Virus record (IMG/VR): IMGVR_UViG_2718217859_000004
Span: 1 to 38,838 of that record
Strand: one strand, 5' to 3'
From: a virus
Taxonomy: Duplodnaviria; Heunggongvirae; Uroviricota; Caudoviricetes
Length of the DNA stretch: 38,838 nucleotides
Part shown: piece by piece, positions 34,872-38,838 of the stretch
Layout of the letters: each line of letters opens with the position of its first letter
Numbering within the stretch: position 1 is the stretch's first letter
The notes under the pieces: generated by a model
Seen by the model: the letters and a program-made list of their open reading frames with translations, nothing else
Told to the model about the DNA's origin: nothing
The model's database searches: none
Made by a program: the position numbers and the translations under genes

Positions 34872-35950
34872 ATGAGTATCAGCCGGATTTCAGTCTGACA
34901 GCGGAAGGTCAGGATATCACGAAGGAAATAAAACGAGGTCTGGCTGAGCTGCGATATACCGATAATGGTGCTGGCACAAAGCGGTCCGATGAACTGATGA
35001 TAACGCTGTTCAGTGAGACGCTGGCGTTGCCCCCGAAAGGCGCGGTGCTAACGCTGGGACTGGGGTTCAACGGAAATCTGGTAAATAAAGGCAGCTTTAC
35101 CGTCTGTCAGGTGGCAAGTGGTGGCCCTCCCCGCCGGATCACCATTTATGCCACCGCAGCCCCCATGAATGCGTCAAAACATGGCGCGGACGTGACCGCA
35201 CTGAAAACCCGCGCTTTCAGTGATATCTCGCTGGGAGACCTGGTAAAAACCATCGCCACTGAAAATAATCTGGTGGCGCAGGTATCACCGGCGCTGGCTG
35301 GTATTCATATCCCGTGGGTGATGCAGTCATCAGAATCTGATGCAGCCCTCCTGTCCCGCATTGCAGGTATGTACGGTGCCACCAGTAAACCGACCAGTGG
35401 CTACTGGTTGTTTCTGGAATACGGGGCATCACAGAGTGCAGGGGGCAGAAATGCCCCTGAGATAACCATTACGCCGGGTATGGTATCAGACTGGGATTAT
35501 CGTGAAGGTGAGCGACAGGGCGCTGCGGGTGGCGGGAAAGATGGGAAAGTGGGTGTCCGGTATTTTGATGCCCGTGACGGACGCACACGTGAAGTTAAAG
35601 TTGACGTGGAGTCAACAGATAAGCGGCATCCGTTTACCCAGCCTGACCAGGGCACCGCAAAACACTGTGCAGAGTCGAAGGTTAAACGTGTGCAGAAAGC
35701 CGGACGCCTGATGACGATAACGTTGCCCTGCAGACCGGAACTGCTGAAAGCGGGGGCGGAGGTGCGTTTTATCACGCAGGGATTTGGTGTGCGTGAGGAC
35801 CATTACTGGCAGGCTGAATCGGTGGAGTTTTCACTGGCACCGGGGCAGGGATTTTCGCTGAATCTGTCGCTGACCACGGATATTTCCGCGAAAGGACAGG
35901 CATCAGGGAAGAAGAACGCGGATAAAAAAGGTGTCAATTATTTTGGTTAA
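34862..35950 (+). CDS. Tail protein D (P2 gpD-like, late control D family)
   Basis: 362 aa; position after X; start overlaps X stop. Confidence 0.75.
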   Translation: MGVNEYQPDFSLTAEGQDITKEIKRGLAELRYTDNGAGTKRSDELMITLFSETLALPPKGAVLTLGLGFNGNLVNKGSFTVCQVASGGPPRRITIYATAAPMNASKHGADVTALKTRAFSDISLGDLVKTIATENNLVAQVSPALAGIHIPWVMQSSESDAALLSRIAGMYGATSKPTSGYWLFLEYGASQSAGGRNAPEITITPGMVSDWDYREGERQGAAGGGKDGKVGVRYFDARDGRTREVKVDVESTDKRHPFTQPDQGTAKHCAESKVKRVQKAGRLMTITLPCRPELLKAGAEVRFITQGFGVREDHYWQAESVEFSLAPGQGFSLNLSLTTDISAKGQASGKKNADKKGVNYFG

Positions 35951-35974
35951 TTTTTTTAAATCAGGAAATTAAAA

Positions 35975-38248
35975 ATGTCTGTATTAATTTCGGGTGTGCT
36001 GACGGATGGTGCGGGGCTCCCCTTGTCCGGATACCATATTATTCTGAAAGCCTGGCAAAATACATCCGCAGTGGTCATGAGAACGGTGGCAACAGTGGTG
36101 ACAGGGCCGGCAGGAGAATATGCATTTGAAGCCCAGACCGGAAGATATGATGTTTATCTTCGTTCGTGTATTGAAAGAGAATATTGCGTCGGTGATATTT
36201 CGGTTTACGACGACTCAAAGCCCGGCACACTGAACGACTTTCTGACCGCCCTCGATGAAGGCGATTTAAAACCGGATGTAGTGAAACGCTTTGAGGAAAT
36301 GGTGGCGCAGGCGCAGCAGAGCGCGGAAGCAGCAGCGGAAAGCGAGCGACAGGCCGGGCAACATGTCGCTGATGCGCAGAAGATAAAGGAAGACTGCGAG
36401 ACGCTGGCGGATAACGTACAGCAGAATGCAGAAGCCGTTGCCGAAGACAAAAATCAGGTGGCGCTGCTGGCATCATCTGCCACACAGGATGCGGCCCGCG
36501 CAGAGCAGGCTGTCAAGGATGCCGACACGATAGTCCGGAAAGCGGTCGATAAACTTGCTGATGCTGCAACGCTGACCGGCGAGGCAAAAGCCAGTGCCGA
36601 AGCTGCCGCACAAAGCGAACAGAATGCGGAAAATCACGCTGATAATGCAGCACAAAGCGCACAGCAGACCGCGCAGGATGTGGAGGCAACGGTCACCGCC
36701 CGTGATGATGCGGAACGTTTTGCGGGTGAGGCAGAAAACAGCGCACAGTCATCAGGCACATCGCGGGATGAATCAGTCGATGCCGCCGAACGTGCCCGCC
36801 TTTATCATAATGCCGCATCATCAGCTGCAACCAGCGCGGAAAATGCAGCAAATGCTGCACTCGGGCATGAAAATAACGCTGCCGAATACGCCCGACAGGC
36901 TAAAGACAGCCAGGATGCAGGTGCAGACAATGCGCAGGAAGCGAAACAGTACAGGGATGAGGCGCAGCAGATAGTTGATGACCTGAATGCAACAAATGCC
37001 AGCACGACAGAAAAAGGTCTGGTGCAACTGTGTAGTGATACGGACAACGACAGCGATGAACTGGCTGCCACGCCAAAGGCTGTCAAAGCCGTCATGGACG
37101 AAACGAAAACAAAAGCGCCACTGGACAGCCCGGCCTTCACCGGCACCCCAACCACCCCAACCCCACCGGATGATGCCGCCGGTCTGGAAGCAGCGAACGC
37201 AGCGTTTGTGCGCAAACTGCTTGCTGCGCTGGTTGGCTCATCGCCGGAAGTTCTGGACACCCTGAACGAGCTGGCAGCGGCGCTGGGCAATGACCCGAAC
37301 TTTGCGACGACAATCACAAACGCGCTGGCAGGCAAACAACCGCTTAATGACGTCTTAACGGCAATCAGCGCACTGACGCAACGGGCAGATAATCTTCTGT
37401 ACTTCAATACAGACGGGAATGCCTCACTGTCTCTGCTGTCAGAGAAGGGCCGCGCATTGCTGGCGCATGACACGGCTGAAGCCATGCGCACGGAGCTTGA
37501 GCTGAGCGCGGCTGCGACGATGGAACCCCAGAGTGATATCCGTGACCGCACACCGGGCAGGCTGGCCCTGTCCGGGATGTATGGGTTTGGACAGGCATTC
37601 ACCAGCGCCGAAGCTCTGTCATTTAACGGACAGGCTGATTTCGTTATATGGCTGCAGACAGTCACCCCGGGGCGTTATGCGGTCAGTATTGCGGACTCCT
37701 CCACGCTGCTGGTGGGCACCACGAAATTTAACGGTATCATTGATGTGATGTGGTCACCCTCTGATAACGATGGTTCAGACTCAGCGCGTAAATTCAAAAT
37801 GCTGCTGTACTACAACCAGTATTACGAGGATGAGCACAGCATACATTGTATGCGTTATCGCTACAGTGGTAACAGCTGGAATGCAACATCAAGCCTTATT
37901 GTGTATGACGGTAGCTCACTGGCGTACTTGTTGTCCAGGACGGCGGGGTCAGGCTCATATTACAAATACCCGGCCGTCGGTGTGCCGATAATGGCGGTAT
38001 ATCAGGGGGAGAGTTTTGGTGCAGATGTGTCTCTGGGGCTCGGTGATACTGTGCCGGGTTCCCGTCTTGGCCCTCTGGCCATGAGTGCACGGATTAGCGA
38101 TACAGGGACATACCAGTCCTCACCGGTGGCTGTGATTGGCGGTGCCGGTGAATACAACTTCCCCGGTCGTTACGCGGCGCTTTCGGGGACCCGCATTAGT
38201 CACGATACAACGCGTGGCTATATTGGCCTTTTTGTACGCATTGAGTAA
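35975..38248 (+). CDS. Side tail fibre protein, lambda Stf-like (with P2 H-like central segment)
   Basis: N-terminus MSVLISGVLTDGAGLPLSGYHIILKAWQNTSAVV...ISVYDDSKPGTLNDFL parallels lambda Stf; central KGLVQLCSDTDNDSDELAATPKAVKAVMDETKTKAPLDSPAFTGTPT...LNELAAALGNDPNFATTITNALAGKQP matches the Stf/P2 H shared segment; Ala/Gln/Glu-rich helical shaft. Confidence 0.85.
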   Translation: MSVLISGVLTDGAGLPLSGYHIILKAWQNTSAVVMRTVATVVTGPAGEYAFEAQTGRYDVYLRSCIEREYCVGDISVYDDSKPGTLNDFLTALDEGDLKPDVVKRFEEMVAQAQQSAEAAAESERQAGQHVADAQKIKEDCETLADNVQQNAEAVAEDKNQVALLASSATQDAARAEQAVKDADTIVRKAVDKLADAATLTGEAKASAEAAAQSEQNAENHADNAAQSAQQTAQDVEATVTARDDAERFAGEAENSAQSSGTSRDESVDAAERARLYHNAASSAATSAENAANAALGHENNAAEYARQAKDSQDAGADNAQEAKQYRDEAQQIVDDLNATNASTTEKGLVQLCSDTDNDSDELAATPKAVKAVMDETKTKAPLDSPAFTGTPTTPTPPDDAAGLEAANAAFVRKLLAALVGSSPEVLDTLNELAAALGNDPNFATTITNALAGKQPLNDVLTAISALTQRADNLLYFNTDGNASLSLLSEKGRALLAHDTAEAMRTELELSAAATMEPQSDIRDRTPGRLALSGMYGFGQAFTSAEALSFNGQADFVIWLQTVTPGRYAVSIADSSTLLVGTTKFNGIIDVMWSPSDNDGSDSARKFKMLLYYNQYYEDEHSIHCMRYRYSGNSWNATSSLIVYDGSSLAYLLSRTAGSGSYYKYPAVGVPIMAVYQGESFGADVSLGLGDTVPGSRLGPLAMSARISDTGTYQSSPVAVIGGAGEYNFPGRYAALSGTRISHDTTRGYIGLFVRIE

Positions 38249-38262
38249 TGAGGAAATCAGGC

Positions 38263-38838
38263 ATGAAAATCAGAGCGGTGAAAGGCATCAGAAACGCACA
38301 TTATCTTGAAAATGGTGCGGTTGACTGCGAGGTGTTATTTGAAGGTGAAACGGAGTTCGCCCTGTATACTGCCATACAGGATGATATGGCCCCGACAGGC
38401 CAGCATGTCTGGCAGGAGCTGCAAAGCGGGAAATGGGGCGAAATCGCCCCGTTCACTGTCACGCCGGAACTTATTGCAGCGGCAAAGGATGCCAAAAGGC
38501 GGGAAATTGAGGCATGGCGCGACAGTCAGGAAAACATTGAGTTTATTTTCACGTTTGATGGCCGTCGTTTTGATGGCGGAAAAACCTCGCAGTCACGCCT
38601 TGCCCCCGTGGTTGCAGCAGCACAGGCCGGACTGCTTCCGGATGGTTTTTTCTGGACTGATGCGGATAATAACAACGTCGTACTGACCAGGGAGAAACTT
38701 ATTGCGCTGAACGATGCCATGATGGTGGCCATGGTGACGGAGGGTTTTAAAATCCACGAACGTCAGCGGGAGATGAAAGAGGAACTGAATAATCTTGATG
38801 ATTTACGCTCAATCCGAGCGTTTGACGTTACGCAATAA
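38263..38838 (+). CDS. Putative tail fibre assembly / chaperone protein (DUF4376-like), tentative
   Basis: ATG 38263 after AGGA (alt. ATG 38248 overlapping Stf stop); immediately downstream of the fibre gene; complete (TAA at 38836-38838). Confidence 0.45.
   Translation: MKIRAVKGIRNAHYLENGAVDCEVLFEGETEFALYTAIQDDMAPTGQHVWQELQSGKWGEIAPFTVTPELIAAAKDAKRREIEAWRDSQENIEFIFTFDGRRFDGGKTSQSRLAPVVAAAQAGLLPDGFFWTDADNNNVVLTREKLIALNDAMMVAMVTEGFKIHERQREMKEELNNLDDLRSIRAFDVTQ

Noticed and set aside
36805-37665. 286-aa minus-strand ORF inside the side tail fibre gene
   Set aside because: Ala/Ser-rich low-complexity translation of the antisense strand of the fibre shaft repeats; no start context.

Overview
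The window is a near-complete mosaic lambdoid prophage from an enterobacterial (E. coli-like) genome, read from the immunity region to the tail fibres. No integrase, att site, tRNA or CRISPR array was found. All homology calls are from reading the sequence and recalling protein families; none was confirmed by a database search. Layout: (1) a Qin/Rac-like immunity region on the minus strand (dicA-like repressor, ydfA-like, an unknown 212-aa gene, a DicF-like sRNA, a Rha-family gene and a partial dicB-like gene at the window edge), divergent from dicC-like cro and lambda O/P-like replication genes; (2) an AT-rich cargo tract with an orphan periplasmic substrate-binding protein and a hok/mok toxin locus; (3) DUF968, RusA and a Q-like antiterminator; (4) a terminator-bounded cargo island between Q and the lysis genes carrying an AppY-like AraC regulator, a TerB-like protein with a 52-aa membrane peptide, and a convergent zinc-ribbon protein with a DUF4145/HEPN-like C-terminus; (5) a lysis cassette followed by a lambda-like cos site; (6) a lambda-like packaging/head module (Nu1, A, W, B, C/Nu3, D, E, FI, FII) joined to (7) a P2-like contractile tail module including an E/E' -1 frameshift site, plus a lambda Stf-like side tail fibre. 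The best candidates for an undescribed system are the TerB-like/peptide pair and the zinc-ribbon/HEPN-like gene in the Q-lysis island, and the 212-aa gene inside the repressor operon.
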